Positions 9,599 to 19,588 of a DNA stretch of 64,000 nucleotides are shown here, one piece after another. Location of the stretch: the NCBI GenBank assembly GCA_027296055.1, contig JAPUJT010000023.1, positions 1,858-65,857 of the forward strand. Direction: 5' to 3'. A program made the position numbers and the translations under genes. How positions within the stretch are numbered: position 1 is the first letter of the stretch; each line of letters opens with the position of its first letter. A model generated the notes under the pieces. It searched no databases. It saw only the letters and a list, made by a program, of their open reading frames with translations, and had not been told where the DNA came from. Source of the stretch: Planctomycetota bacterium. Its GTDB lineage: Bacteria > Planctomycetota > JAPUJT01.

Positions 9599-10786
9599 AT
9601 GGAGATGAGGGTTCGGCTGGCCGTCTTGATCACGCGATTGGTACGCGGTGGCGCGCAGAAAATAGCCCTCGAGACGTTTCGCCGGATGGATCCCGCCAGA
9701 TTCGACCGTTTCTTCATCACCGGACCCGATCGCGGCGATGAGGGGGACGCCTTCGACGAGGCCGTCGCTTCCGGCATCCATCCGATCATCGTACCGGGTC
9801 TCCAGCGGGCCATTTCACCGGCGGCCGATGCGTCTGCAGTCCTTCGCATCGCGTCTCTTCTGCGGCGACTCCGGATCCAGATCCTGCACACTCACACGTC
9901 GAAGGCCGGCCTCCTCGGCGCACTGGCGGGCCGATGGGTCGGCACGCCGGTTATCGTCTACTCACCGCATGGTCACATCTTCGGGAAGGGCGCCCGCATC
10001 CCCGGGGTGAGCGGATCGATCCGAACACGGATCCTCTATCGGCTCCGAAGACTGGCCGAGCGATGGAGCGATCGTGTGATCGCCCTGAACGATGCGGATC
10101 TGCAGGAACAGGTCGCTCTCGGTCTGGCCCCCGTCGAGAAATACGTCGTGATCCAGAACGGGATCGATCTGAGTGCATACCGCAACCTATCCGACACCCG
10201 GGAAGCGGCACGGCGGTCACTCGGTCTGGCCAACGGGACGCCGGCGGTGGCCGTCGTGGGACGCTTGACCCCTGAGAAAGGCCACGACGTCCTGATCGAG
10301 GCGTTCTCCCGCCTGGCGCCCGACCTCGAGCCTGTGCTCCTGATCATCGGCGGAGGGCCTCAGGAGTCGGAACTCCGGGAGTCTAGCCGGCGCCTCGGCG
10401 TCGAGTCCCGGGTCCGATTCCTCGGTGTACGCCGAGATGTGCCCGATCTACTCGCCGCCTCCGATCTGGTCGTCCTGCCGTCCTATTACGAGAGCGGGGG
10501 CCTGGCCCTGATGGAAGCCATGGCGGCTCGCCGTCCCGTGATCGCATCGAGGACTGGCGGTGTCCCGGATCTCGTCCAGGATGGCGAGAATGGGCTCCTG
10601 GTTCCCCCTGGGCAGGCGGACCCGCTCGCCCGGGCGATGGAACGGGTGCTCCGTGATCCGGCCCTGGCCGAGCGGCTGGCGGCGGGCGGCCATCGCAAGG
10701 TCACGGATCACCACGACATCGATAGGAGCGCGCGGATCCTGCAGGGCCTCTACGCGCAGCTCATCCAGGAGAAGGGTCTACGTTGA
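9599..10786 (+). CDS. Glycosyltransferase family 4 (GT-B)
   Basis: GGAQK N-terminal motif, HTHTSKAG, VGRLTPEKG, ESGGLALMEAM (EX7E). Confidence 0.93.
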   Translation: MEMRVRLAVLITRLVRGGAQKIALETFRRMDPARFDRFFITGPDRGDEGDAFDEAVASGIHPIIVPGLQRAISPAADASAVLRIASLLRRLRIQILHTHTSKAGLLGALAGRWVGTPVIVYSPHGHIFGKGARIPGVSGSIRTRILYRLRRLAERWSDRVIALNDADLQEQVALGLAPVEKYVVIQNGIDLSAYRNLSDTREAARRSLGLANGTPAVAVVGRLTPEKGHDVLIEAFSRLAPDLEPVLLIIGGGPQESELRESSRRLGVESRVRFLGVRRDVPDLLAASDLVVLPSYYESGGLALMEAMAARRPVIASRTGGVPDLVQDGENGLLVPPGQADPLARAMERVLRDPALAERLAAGGHRKVTDHHDIDRSARILQGLYAQLIQEKGLR

Positions 10787-11589
10787 AGATCGCCTGTCTT
10801 CTCCCCTCGGATCACTTTCACGCCCCGGTCGTCCTCTCCGCCCTGGCTCGCCGAGCGGACGCGGAGCTCTTCGCCCTGGTTACCCCGAAACTGCCGGGCG
10901 GCGGCATGGTCCTGACCCGGCTCATCCGACTTCTTCGCCAGTCGGGGGCGGACTATCTCTCCGCCATGGCCGGGATGAAAGCCACCTTCCTGATCCACTC
11001 CTGGCTCGAAAGACGGTCAGGGCAGGACGGACGCGAGAGGGAATTCCGGAGTGTCTTCGACGCTACGAAGGAACTGAAGATCCGGAGCTCGACCGTTCAG
11101 GACATAAACGGTCGCGAGTCGGAAGAGATGCTTCGCCAGTTCGCCCCGGACCTGATCCTGAGCGTTTTCTTCAACCAGATCATCGCCCCCCGCATCATCG
11201 AGCTGGCTCCCGTGGCCGCGAACGTCCACCCCTCGCTCCTGCCGGCCTACCGCGGGGTATCCCCGGCTTTCTGGATCCTCAAGAATGGGGAGCCCGCGGG
11301 GGGGGCCACGATCCATCGACTGACCGAACGCCTCGACGCCGGCGAACTCCTGCTACGGCAGGCGCTACCCGTGAGATCCCGAGACTCGGTCTTCCGGCTC
11401 TACAGGCGCAGCGCCATCGCCGCGGGCGATCTTCTGCTCGGCCACCTGGACGCCCTCGTCCGGGATGATCTGCCGCCCCTGCCATTCGATGGGGAGACGT
11501 CGTCTCGGTTCGGCAAGATCACCCCGGATGCGATGCGGGCGTTTCGCCGCACGAGGCGTCGTTTTTGCCATTTCTTCAAGCCGCTGTAA
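10783..11589 (+). CDS. Formyltransferase-family protein, probably a sugar/glycan N-formyltransferase
   Basis: NVHPSLLPAYRG and TIHRLTERLDAG are folate-dependent formyltransferase motifs. Lacks the Fmt C-terminal domain. Overlaps the GT4 stop codon by 4 nt. Confidence 0.85.
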   Translation: MKIACLLPSDHFHAPVVLSALARRADAELFALVTPKLPGGGMVLTRLIRLLRQSGADYLSAMAGMKATFLIHSWLERRSGQDGREREFRSVFDATKELKIRSSTVQDINGRESEEMLRQFAPDLILSVFFNQIIAPRIIELAPVAANVHPSLLPAYRGVSPAFWILKNGEPAGGATIHRLTERLDAGELLLRQALPVRSRDSVFRLYRRSAIAAGDLLLGHLDALVRDDLPPLPFDGETSSRFGKITPDAMRAFRRTRRRFCHFFKPL

Positions 11590-11597
11590 CGGATTAA

Positions 11598-12335
11598 TTA
11601 CTCGAATTGCGCGAAGCGGACGAGACGGTTCTTGTGAAGGAGGTACTTCGCGAGGGTCTTCAGGATTCCGAGACCGTAGCCGACACTGGGCCAGAAGCGG
11701 ATCGTGGAGGCCTGGTCGAAATATCGGGTCTGGATCGGGACCTCCTCGATTCGAAATCCCTTGATCAACGCCTGGACGATGATTTCCGTGTCGAAGTAGA
11801 AGCCGTCCGAGTTCCGGTCCAGGCGGATCGAGCGCAGGAGCTTCGCGCTATACGACCGGAAGCCGGAATGGTACTCGGTCAGATAAGTGGAGAGGACGAC
11901 GTTCTCGAGGGCGGTGAGCAGGATGTTCGCGTTGTGCTTCCAGAGAGGCATCCCCCCCTCCAGGGCCCCTCCCTTCATCATACGGGAGCCGAAGACCGCG
12001 TCCGCCCTGCCCTGCCGGATCGGCTCGAGCAGCTCCGGGATGAGCTTCGGGTCGTACTGGTAATCCGGGTGGAGCATGACCACGATGTCGGCCCCCCGCC
12101 GGAGGGCCTCGGCGTAGCAGGTCTTCTGGTTCCCTCCATATCCACGGTTTTTGGCGTGGCGAATCGAGGGGATGCCAAGGCGGGCCGCCACCTCCATCGT
12201 GTCATCGCGGCTTGCGTCGTCCACCAGGATCACCTCATCGGCGATTCCCCTGGGGATATCCGCGACGGTTCTCTCCAGTGTCCTGGCCGCGTTGTAGGCG
12301 GGGAGGACGATGATCACCTTGGGCTTGCCGACCAC
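11598..12335 (-). CDS. Glycosyltransferase family 2, DPM1-like
   Basis: VLPAYNA, VDDASRDDT, NRGYGGNQK, HPDYQYDP, EYHSGFR, FDTE. Confidence 0.93.
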   Translation of the reverse strand: MVGKPKVIIVLPAYNAARTLERTVADIPRGIADEVILVDDASRDDTMEVAARLGIPSIRHAKNRGYGGNQKTCYAEALRRGADIVVMLHPDYQYDPKLIPELLEPIRQGRADAVFGSRMMKGGALEGGMPLWKHNANILLTALENVVLSTYLTEYHSGFRSYSAKLLRSIRLDRNSDGFYFDTEIIVQALIKGFRIEEVPIQTRYFDQASTIRFWPSVGYGLGILKTLAKYLLHKNRLVRFAQFE

Positions 12336-12363
12336 CTATCGCCCTCCGGTTGAACTGGGGAGC

Positions 12364-12393
12364 ATTCTAGTTACAGCCCGGCAAATGGATCAA
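12364..12393 (-). promoter_or_regulatory. sigma70-like promoter of the GT2 gene
   Basis: TTGATC-18-TAGAAT on the minus strand, about 30 nt upstream of the start. Confidence 0.5.
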
Positions 12394-12499
12394 ACCTTAA
12401 AAGAAGGGAGCCCCGGGGAGAACCCCGGGGCCGTATCGGAAGGGTGTACCAGGAGACCTTTCTCGGCCCTTACCCGGAAGCATGTACTCGAGGCAGATG

Positions 12500-12640
12500 C
12501 GCCAGGGTGAGGGTCGGGGAAGGGTATTCGTCTCGGGACGAATTTCGAAAGACTTCCGGAGGTTTGCTCCGTGGCCTCTCATCGAGGCGAATGCCCTTCC
12601 CCCGGTCAGGTTTGGCCCCAGAAGGAACCGGGGCTTTTGG
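12500..12640 (+). ncRNA. Candidate structured non-coding RNA of unknown family
   Basis: 20-bp stem, 12516-12535 with 12583-12602, whose only two mismatches are G.U-compatible on the plus strand. Internal hairpins, then GCCCC-N10-GGGGC-TTTT (12615-12638). Confidence 0.4.
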
Positions 12641-12982
12641 TGGCTTCTTGATGTCCTCCTCGAGATTGCCTGGCGTCCGACTCATTGCCAGGGCAAGTCC
12701 CGTACCAAGACGGCCCCCTCTCCCAATGGGACTACGGGAAAACGGCCATAAGTTATTGAAAAACAAGGTGTTACCCATCTCTGTCGAGGAAGGTAGGAAA
12801 GAAACGCCGATCCGTCGGAGCGATCCGGGACTCCTGATCATTCTCGGATGTGGGACATTTTTCCCGATCTGGGACGACCCCTCGAGGGGGCTCGAGGGGA
12901 GCCGGCCGATCCAACTTGCTGTCCCGAGCCGAGTCGTGTAAGATCAAGTGGTTCACTCAAGCCTAGTCCTAGGAGTGCCTTG

Positions 12983-14302
12983 GTGCCTCGCAGGATGCCG
13001 ACCTCTGGAGGGGGGGTGGCTGACGCTTCCCTCGCCAGAGGGGATGGGTCTATGACCCCGGTCGTCCTGATCGGGGCCCTTCTTCTTGGTGGCCTGGTAT
13101 TCGAGTCCTGGTCCCGCCGCGCCGATCTCAGGGAGCAATCGGAGGCCTTTGCTCGGGCTCTCGAAGTCCAGCAGGAGTCTCTTCGCGCCGACCTGGGTCG
13201 GCGGCTTGCAGAGTCGATCGACCGGGTCGACGCAACGGGCTCACGCCTCGACCGTGAACTGGCCAAACAGGGCACGGAACACGACTCCTTCCGAGATTCC
13301 ACCCTCCGCAAGATGGTCCTCCTGAACGAAGGTGAGGAGGCCCTCCGGGCGCGACTCGCGCGGCTCGACCGCAGATCGGATCGGAGCGTTCAGGAGATCG
13401 AGTCGATGAGGGGCGCCCTCCTGCTTCTGGAGGACGGCGTCCGCACCAATCGCCCCGAAGCAGCCCGCTTCAAGGAGATCCAGAGACAGAACGCCGAATC
13501 CATCTTCTTCATCTACTCCGAGATCAGCCTCGTGAACTCTACCGGCTCGATCGAATCGACCATCGGAAGCTACGGCACGGGTTTCCTGGTGAGCGATGAG
13601 GGCCACATCGCCACGAGCAAGCACGTGGCCCAGCCGTGGAAGTTCCGGGAGTTCGCCCGCCAGATCGCTAGAAGGGGGCTCGAGATCGATCCCGATTCCC
13701 ACCTGATCGCCGCCTGGCCCGCCGGGTCACCCATCCTCGACCCCGACGGGGACTGCCTGAATCTGGACATCGGGTTCAACAATCTACGGCTCCAGAGCCT
13801 GGAGGTCTGGGCGACGGCATCGGACAGGTTCAAGTCCGAAGTGCTCGAGAACGATGCGGGCGAGGTGGTCGAGGTACGGTACCACGATGCCAACGACAAC
13901 CACGACCTCGCCATCCTGAAGGCGGAGGGCGGGCCGTTTCGCCCCGTCCGAACCGTTTCGGGACGGCTCCCGGAGAAGCTCGACCCGGTGATGGTCCTGG
14001 GGTTTCCCCGTGGGCTGGACATCCTGGAGAAGGGAGTGGCGGAGAGCTCCCCGTCCCTCGGGACGGTGCGAAAGGTCGAGGACACGATCTATGTCACCGC
14101 CCCCATCATTCCGGGTAACAGTGGAGGCCCTGTCTTCGATCGAGAGGGAGCCGTCATCGGGATTGCCACCCGCGTCGTCCAGGGGACCGAGACGCTGGGG
14201 ATCTGCCTGAAGGCGGATCACTTCCTCAAGCTCCTTCACTCGGGGCAACCAACCGCCCAGCGCTCGGGTAAAGGCCCGAATGTCACACTCACGACTCGAT
14301 AA
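12983..14302 (+). CDS. Membrane-anchored trypsin-like (S1) serine protease with coiled-coil stalk and no PDZ domain
   Basis: GTGFLVS, ATSKHV (His), DLAILK (Asp), IIPGNSGGP (Ser). Hydrophobic N-terminal anchor. Start uncertain: GTG 12983 after AGGAG, or ATG 12995/13052. Confidence 0.88.
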   Translation: MPRRMPTSGGGVADASLARGDGSMTPVVLIGALLLGGLVFESWSRRADLREQSEAFARALEVQQESLRADLGRRLAESIDRVDATGSRLDRELAKQGTEHDSFRDSTLRKMVLLNEGEEALRARLARLDRRSDRSVQEIESMRGALLLLEDGVRTNRPEAARFKEIQRQNAESIFFIYSEISLVNSTGSIESTIGSYGTGFLVSDEGHIATSKHVAQPWKFREFARQIARRGLEIDPDSHLIAAWPAGSPILDPDGDCLNLDIGFNNLRLQSLEVWATASDRFKSEVLENDAGEVVEVRYHDANDNHDLAILKAEGGPFRPVRTVSGRLPEKLDPVMVLGFPRGLDILEKGVAESSPSLGTVRKVEDTIYVTAPIIPGNSGGPVFDREGAVIGIATRVVQGTETLGICLKADHFLKLLHSGQPTAQRSGKGPNVTLTTR

Positions 14303-14308
14303 AGGTAA

Positions 14309-16339
14309 TCAGTCCGACGATCGGATGGCGGAGAGTACGCCGCGGATCCGCGAAGTCTCTTCGCGGGAGAGGACCCGTCCGCCGAATCGGACTCGATAGT
14401 AGGCATCGGTGATCCCCACCACGCCTTCGACACGGACTCGCCCGGCAAACTCCATCGGTGTCTCCCCTTTGTTCCGCTCGAATCCTCTTCGCGAGAGTGC
14501 ACGCACCAGCTCCCGGTAGAAGGACACCCGGGGCGAAGTCGCCCGCCACCCGGGCTTGCCGCCGAGGGCGCGGCGCCGTATCAGGGGGGCGACCACCAGA
14601 GCCGCCGCCAGGATCCACCAGACGGGTGAGAGGTTCTTGATCGATGAGAGAACCACCACGAACGAATCTTTCACTCGATCCAGCCTATCGGAAATCCACC
14701 GGAGTGCGCTCGCCTGATCCTCGAAGTTGTACGTGATCACACGGGTCACCCACTGATACCTCAAATAATCGACGAAGTTTCCCAGGGACTGGAAGGCAAA
14801 GGCGAGATTGGGGACTCCCCCGCTCGGGGAGGGATCCATCGGTATCCAGCCTACTTTCGAGCCGAACTCGACCTCCGCCCATGAATGGGCGTGCCTCTGG
14901 CGTACCAGGTAGAAGTTCCCCAGAGGGTTCCAGTCCCCATCCCGGAAACCGTTGACCACTCGGCTGGGGATCTCAATGGCTCTCAGGAGGAGCACCATGG
15001 CGGAGGCGAAGTACTGGCAGTGCCCTTGCTTGTTGTAGAAGAGGAAGCTCTCCACCGGCTCCTTCGCATCGGGATGCTTGGCTGGCCGGTCCAGTGTGTA
15101 TCCGAATCTCCCCTCCTCCTGAAGGTAGCGCTCGATCGCCCGGGCTTTCTCGTAAGGACTCTCGGCCTCTGCGTCCCTTACGATCTTCGCCGCCAGCTTG
15201 CGGTAGCGTGGGATGTCGATCGCCTTCGAGTCGAGAGAGAGCCAGCTGGTCTTATTGATCTCATCCTCCCTCACCCCCGCGGCGAGGTGAATGTCGGGGA
15301 GGCGAGAGGTCACCTCGTAGGCGATCGTGTGGCCGCGGGATTTCTTCGTCGTGATCGCCCGAGCCCCGTCCAGGCGCAGCTCCCGAGGAGGTGGCGTGAG
15401 GAAGCGGATCCGGCTCGGGTTCAGACAGGCGAAGATCACCTTCGGCTCGATCGGGTTGAGGGCAATCGTCTGGGTCACCCGGGTCCCCCCCTGGCGCCCA
15501 GGAGAATCGGCCTGGTAGTCCAGCAAGAACTCCCGGGTGCCTCGTCGTTGAGCGATCCATGGCATGGCGGATCGCAAGGGCTTCCACTGACTCCCGTCGT
15601 AGCTGTCGAAGACCTTTCCCCTCCAGAGCTTCGCCACCGTGAGCGGCTCGGTGACGACCTGCATCACGACCTCGGGGTTGTCGAGGATCTGACCGATGTC
15701 GTCCAGGCGCACGCTGTCCCCGAAACCGATCATCGAGGTGGCCCGCCCACGGGTCGTACCGAACGCCCCGGCGCCAACCCGAGGGACGGCGAGGAAGATC
15801 GCCCCCCCGGCCGCCAGGACCATCAAGGCGGGCGCCGCGAGACGGAGGATCACACCGAGGGGCACGACGCGACCCGGAGGTTGAAACCCCTGATCCTGGA
15901 TCTGGTAGAGGGAGAGCACCAGCACGGCGAAGACGAGGTAGGCTACGAAAGGGAGGATGAAGGAGCCGCTCACCATGATCGCGGCGGCCACGACGATTTC
16001 CATGAAGCCGAGCAGGACGATCCGCCAGACGCCGCCCAGCCTCCAACCCTGGTAGATCCGGATGGCCTGCATCCCGACCACGACGTGGCCGAGGGTGAGC
16101 AGTGAGTCCCAGGAGTTGAGTATCGTGTAGTCGATCAGGGCGAACACCAATATGCCCGACGCCGCCAGGTTCAAGCCAGATCGGGAGAGGAGCGGTCGCC
16201 AGCCACGCATCGCTTGATGGAGGCAGACGATTCCCAGGACCAGGACGGGGAAGGGGCTCGCCTCCGCGAAGGAGAGGGTCCCCGCGCCCGAAAGGACGAG
16301 GAGGATCAGGCAGCCTTCAAGGGCGCGCCGGTCCGACAC
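14309..16339 (-). CDS. Membrane transglutaminase-like protein (TgpA / DUF3488 type)
   Basis: Multiple N-terminal TM helices. GHCQYFASAM, HAHSWAEV and WIPMDP give the Cys-His-Asp triad. GTG start after GGAGG overlaps the end of the DUF58 gene. Confidence 0.9.
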   Translation of the reverse strand: MSDRRALEGCLILLVLSGAGTLSFAEASPFPVLVLGIVCLHQAMRGWRPLLSRSGLNLAASGILVFALIDYTILNSWDSLLTLGHVVVGMQAIRIYQGWRLGGVWRIVLLGFMEIVVAAAIMVSGSFILPFVAYLVFAVLVLSLYQIQDQGFQPPGRVVPLGVILRLAAPALMVLAAGGAIFLAVPRVGAGAFGTTRGRATSMIGFGDSVRLDDIGQILDNPEVVMQVVTEPLTVAKLWRGKVFDSYDGSQWKPLRSAMPWIAQRRGTREFLLDYQADSPGRQGGTRVTQTIALNPIEPKVIFACLNPSRIRFLTPPPRELRLDGARAITTKKSRGHTIAYEVTSRLPDIHLAAGVREDEINKTSWLSLDSKAIDIPRYRKLAAKIVRDAEAESPYEKARAIERYLQEEGRFGYTLDRPAKHPDAKEPVESFLFYNKQGHCQYFASAMVLLLRAIEIPSRVVNGFRDGDWNPLGNFYLVRQRHAHSWAEVEFGSKVGWIPMDPSPSGGVPNLAFAFQSLGNFVDYLRYQWVTRVITYNFEDQASALRWISDRLDRVKDSFVVVLSSIKNLSPVWWILAAALVVAPLIRRRALGGKPGWRATSPRVSFYRELVRALSRRGFERNKGETPMEFAGRVRVEGVVGITDAYYRVRFGGRVLSREETSRIRGVLSAIRSSD

Positions 16340-17474
16340 TTCCGCCCTCCTTTCCCAGGAGACCCCGATCCTCCCCGCGCGCCAGGTCGACGGTGTCCCA
16401 TCGGCCCCCGGCCCCGGAGGGGATGCCCCCCAGAGAGAGGAACCAGACTTCATCCATCTCCGTCACCTGAAGTCGGGCCTGCCGGAGGACGGCGGCGCGC
16501 CGATTCTCTTTCGGGGGCTCCAGGCAAGCGAGGCACTCGAGGAGACGGTAGAGGTGGGCCCGCCCGCGCTCGACCGGGAAATCTGCCAGATCCGGAACGT
16601 GGGTGATGAGAGTGAAGGCCCGGCCTCGACGGTAGGCGTCGTGCAGGATCGACGCGGCGAGGACGACGCCTCTCTCGAGATCCTGCCGGAGTGTGTCGGG
16701 GCTGCCCTCCGGGACCGCGGAATCGAGGATCACGATCACTCGATCCCGCTTTCGCTGGCGTAGATCCTTGACCATCAGATTCCCCGTCCTCGCCGAAGAC
16801 TTCCAATGGATGCGCCTCGGGTTGTCTCCCTCCCGGTACTCGCGAACCCCGTGGAACTCCTCCTCATCGGATGGGACCCAGGATTGCCTCTGCAGGATCT
16901 TCCCGCCCGTGGGCGCCAGATTGCGCTCCCGCAGGAAAGGCCTCACTTCGGGGAGGACGATCACCTCCGTCTTCACCGCAAGCACGCGCCTGCGCTTGAG
17001 GAGGCCGAACGGGAACAGCGTGGTGACCTCCAGCCCGTCGAACTCGCGCCGCCCGCGGCTCGGGAAAGATGTCCGGTAGGTAATCCGGTGGCTGCCACGC
17101 GGGGCGATCCGGGGCGCCCAGCCTCCCACGTCCGAGTCACCACCCACCTCTCTCGCCCGGACCGCGCAGGCGCCGAAGGTCCTCTTGCGGTTCTCGAGGA
17201 TGATCTCCACCGACATTCTTTCCTTGGCGAAGACGCTGGATGGATGGCGCCTCGCCGCCCGAAGCCCGGAGAGGGTGACGATCCCGATCCCCCAGCCGAC
17301 GATAAAGAGGCCAAGCAGCGTGGCGGAGAGCAGGTAAATCAGATTCGTTCCGGAATTGATCGCCGCCGCGCCGAGGAGGACGGCCAGAGCGAGGACCGTG
17401 ACTCCCTCGCGGCTGAAGTGCGTCCTCGAACGAGACCGTGATCGCGAGGGTCGGCGAGGCGTGGCGTTGCCCAT
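16317..17474 (-). CDS. DUF58 domain protein
   Basis: EFHGVREYREGDNPRRIHWKSSAR, N-terminal TM pair, FPFGL. Lies between moxR and the transglutaminase gene. Confidence 0.92.
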   Translation of the reverse strand: MGNATPRRPSRSRSRSRTHFSREGVTVLALAVLLGAAAINSGTNLIYLLSATLLGLFIVGWGIGIVTLSGLRAARRHPSSVFAKERMSVEIILENRKRTFGACAVRAREVGGDSDVGGWAPRIAPRGSHRITYRTSFPSRGRREFDGLEVTTLFPFGLLKRRRVLAVKTEVIVLPEVRPFLRERNLAPTGGKILQRQSWVPSDEEEFHGVREYREGDNPRRIHWKSSARTGNLMVKDLRQRKRDRVIVILDSAVPEGSPDTLRQDLERGVVLAASILHDAYRRGRAFTLITHVPDLADFPVERGRAHLYRLLECLACLEPPKENRRAAVLRQARLQVTEMDEVWFLSLGGIPSGAGGRWDTVDLARGEDRGLLGKEGGSVGPARP

Positions 17475-17475
17475 T

Positions 17476-18408
17476 TCAGACCGGTACGGGGACCTCGGCG
17501 AGGATCTCACGGAGAACCTGCTCGGCCTCGCCCGATGCCCCCCCGTAACCCGACTTCGGGATCACGCGGTGAGCCAGGACGGGGACGACGAGGGCCTTGA
17601 CGTCATCCGGGGTCACGAAATCGTGGCCGGCCAGGTAAGCGCGGGCCTGCGCCGCTCGGCGGAGGGAGAGCGTCCCGCGCGGGCTCACTCCGATCTCGAG
17701 AAGTGGAGTGGAGCGGGAGGTGGCGGCGATCTGAAGGACGTATCGGGTGATCGCCGGATCCACCTTCACTGCCTTCACCCTCTCCTGCAGGCGCGCCACG
17801 TCGTCGGTCGACAGGACCGGGGAGAGATCCTCCAGGGGATGGTGGAAGGTCTGGCTCCGGAGAACGGTCTCCTCGTCATCGATGCTCGGGTAGCCGATGT
17901 GGATCCGCATCAGGAACCGATCGAGCTGCGACTCGGGGAGGGCGTACGTCCCCTCGAACTCGTACGGGTTCTGCGTCGCCACGACCATGAAGGGCGTCGG
18001 GAGCGGGTGGGTCTTCCCGTCGATCGACACCTGGCTGTCGTTCATCGCCTCGAGGAGGGCCGACTGCGTGCGGGGGGTCGACCGGTTGATCTCATCCGCC
18101 AGAACGATATGGGCGAAGATGGGTCCTGGCTTGAAGCTGAATTCGGACTTCTCGGACGAGTAGATCGAGACCCCGAGGATATCGGAGGGGAGCAGGTCGG
18201 GCGTGAACTGTATCCGCCTAAAGTCGCAGGAGATGGAACGGGCGAGGGCGCGAGCCAGGGTCGTCTTGCCCACCCCGGGGACGTCCTCGATCAGGATATG
18301 CCCCCCGGCGAGGAGGGCGACGAGGACATGCTGGACCGCATCTGTCTTCCCGAAGAAGACTTTTTCGATGTTCTCCTGGATCCGATGGACGCCGTCGAAG
18401 CTTTGCAT
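17476..18408 (-). CDS. moxR: MoxR-family AAA+ ATPase
   Basis: EDVPGVGKT, RIQFTPDLLPSD, LADEINR, ATQNP, LPESQLDRF. Confidence 0.96.
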   Translation of the reverse strand: MQSFDGVHRIQENIEKVFFGKTDAVQHVLVALLAGGHILIEDVPGVGKTTLARALARSISCDFRRIQFTPDLLPSDILGVSIYSSEKSEFSFKPGPIFAHIVLADEINRSTPRTQSALLEAMNDSQVSIDGKTHPLPTPFMVVATQNPYEFEGTYALPESQLDRFLMRIHIGYPSIDDEETVLRSQTFHHPLEDLSPVLSTDDVARLQERVKAVKVDPAITRYVLQIAATSRSTPLLEIGVSPRGTLSLRRAAQARAYLAGHDFVTPDDVKALVVPVLAHRVIPKSGYGGASGEAEQVLREILAEVPVPV

Positions 18409-18499
18409 AAGGTTTTACCCAGGGGATCCCACCGCCCTTTTGAGTATACACGCAGGTCGCAGGCTTTTCCAACCGGCCCAGGCGGTAGAATGGCCGACG

Positions 18500-19588
18500 A
18501 TGAGGTTCAATCCGTTCCAGTACATGAAATGGGCCAAGGAGCAGGCGGGGAAGGAGTGGGACTGCTCCCTTGCGGCGAGCGGCATGCCTGCCTTGAGCAT
18601 GGAGGATCTCGGCCTGCGGCCGGAGGACATCCGGATCGACCGCCCGGGGCTCTACGGGGACCCCGAGCTGAGAGGGATCCTGGCCCGCCGATACGGCGTC
18701 CCCGAAAGCCGGGTGATCATCGCGGCGGGAACGAGCCTCGCCAACTTCCTCGTCCTGGGGGCCCTCCTCGAGCCGGCGGACGAGGCGATCGTCGAGACGC
18801 CCACCTACGAGTCCCTCCCACGCATCGTCGAGATGCTCGGGGCAAAGGTCGTCCCTCTCGCCCGGACGTTCGACGAGGAGTTTCGCGTGATTCCCGCGAG
18901 GCTGCGGGAGGCGGTCACGCCGAGGACGCGTGCGATCATCCTCACCTCTCTACACAATCCATCGGGCGTCGGAGTGCCGGAAGAAACTCTCCGGGAGATA
19001 GGCGAGATTGCCGACCGGTCCGGGGCCCTCGTAATCGTGGATGAGGTGTATATCGAATACCTTCCGGAGGGCGCGTTCCCCCGGGCCGCCACTCTGGGGG
19101 ATCCGTTCGTGAGCACATCATCGCTCACGAAGGCGTACGGACTTGGCGGCCTGCGAGTCGGATGGGCGGTCGGGCCAGAGCCGCTGATCCGGAAGGCCCA
19201 CGAGCTGCACGATCTGCTGGATGTGGAATGCTCCGCCCCGAGCCAGTCGATCGCCGTCCGCTTCTTCGATGGGGCAGACGCCATCCTGTCCAGGACGATC
19301 GAACATCTGAAACGGAATTACGGGATCCTCTCGCGGTGGGCAGAGGACCGGGGGGACATCGATCTCGTCCCTCCGGACGGGGGAGCGTCGGCCTTCCCCC
19401 GACTTCCGCCGGGGGTCTCCAGCCTCGATCTGTCGCGGCGGCTCATGGATGAGTTCGGGACGGTCGTGGTCCCCGGCGATTTCTTCGAGGCGCCTGGATT
19501 CCTCCGGATCAGTTTCGGGGGTGAGACGGGAGATCTCGAGGAAGGGCTCCGCCGACTGGGGCGGGCGATCGATGTCTCCAGGGATTAA
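18500..19588 (+). CDS. PLP-dependent aminotransferase class I/II
   Basis: HNPSG, VDEVY, SSLTKAYGLGGLRVGW. Start placed at MRFNPF. Confidence 0.92.
   Translation: MRFNPFQYMKWAKEQAGKEWDCSLAASGMPALSMEDLGLRPEDIRIDRPGLYGDPELRGILARRYGVPESRVIIAAGTSLANFLVLGALLEPADEAIVETPTYESLPRIVEMLGAKVVPLARTFDEEFRVIPARLREAVTPRTRAIILTSLHNPSGVGVPEETLREIGEIADRSGALVIVDEVYIEYLPEGAFPRAATLGDPFVSTSSLTKAYGLGGLRVGWAVGPEPLIRKAHELHDLLDVECSAPSQSIAVRFFDGADAILSRTIEHLKRNYGILSRWAEDRGDIDLVPPDGGASAFPRLPPGVSSLDLSRRLMDEFGTVVVPGDFFEAPGFLRISFGGETGDLEEGLRRLGRAIDVSRD

Noticed and set aside
10783-11589. Calling this gene fmt (methionyl-tRNA formyltransferase)
   Set aside because: It lacks the C-terminal tRNA-binding domain and is coupled to a glycosyltransferase.
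12400-12960. SRP RNA, RNase P RNA, tmRNA, c-di-GMP riboswitch, or short ORFs (12444-12941, 12470-12841)
   Set aside because: Hallmark motifs were not found by eye, and the ORFs lack an RBS and protein-like composition. Kept only as an unassigned structured element.
14309-18408. MoxR-DUF58-transglutaminase operon as a novel system
   Set aside because: This is a widespread, already described gene trio.
17356-19044. 562-aa plus-strand ORF, and similar shadows at 21034-22221, 32074-33450, 43063-44388, 51133-52443 and 55229-56818
   Set aside because: They overlap genes with clear family motifs on the opposite strand or in another frame, and their composition is atypical.
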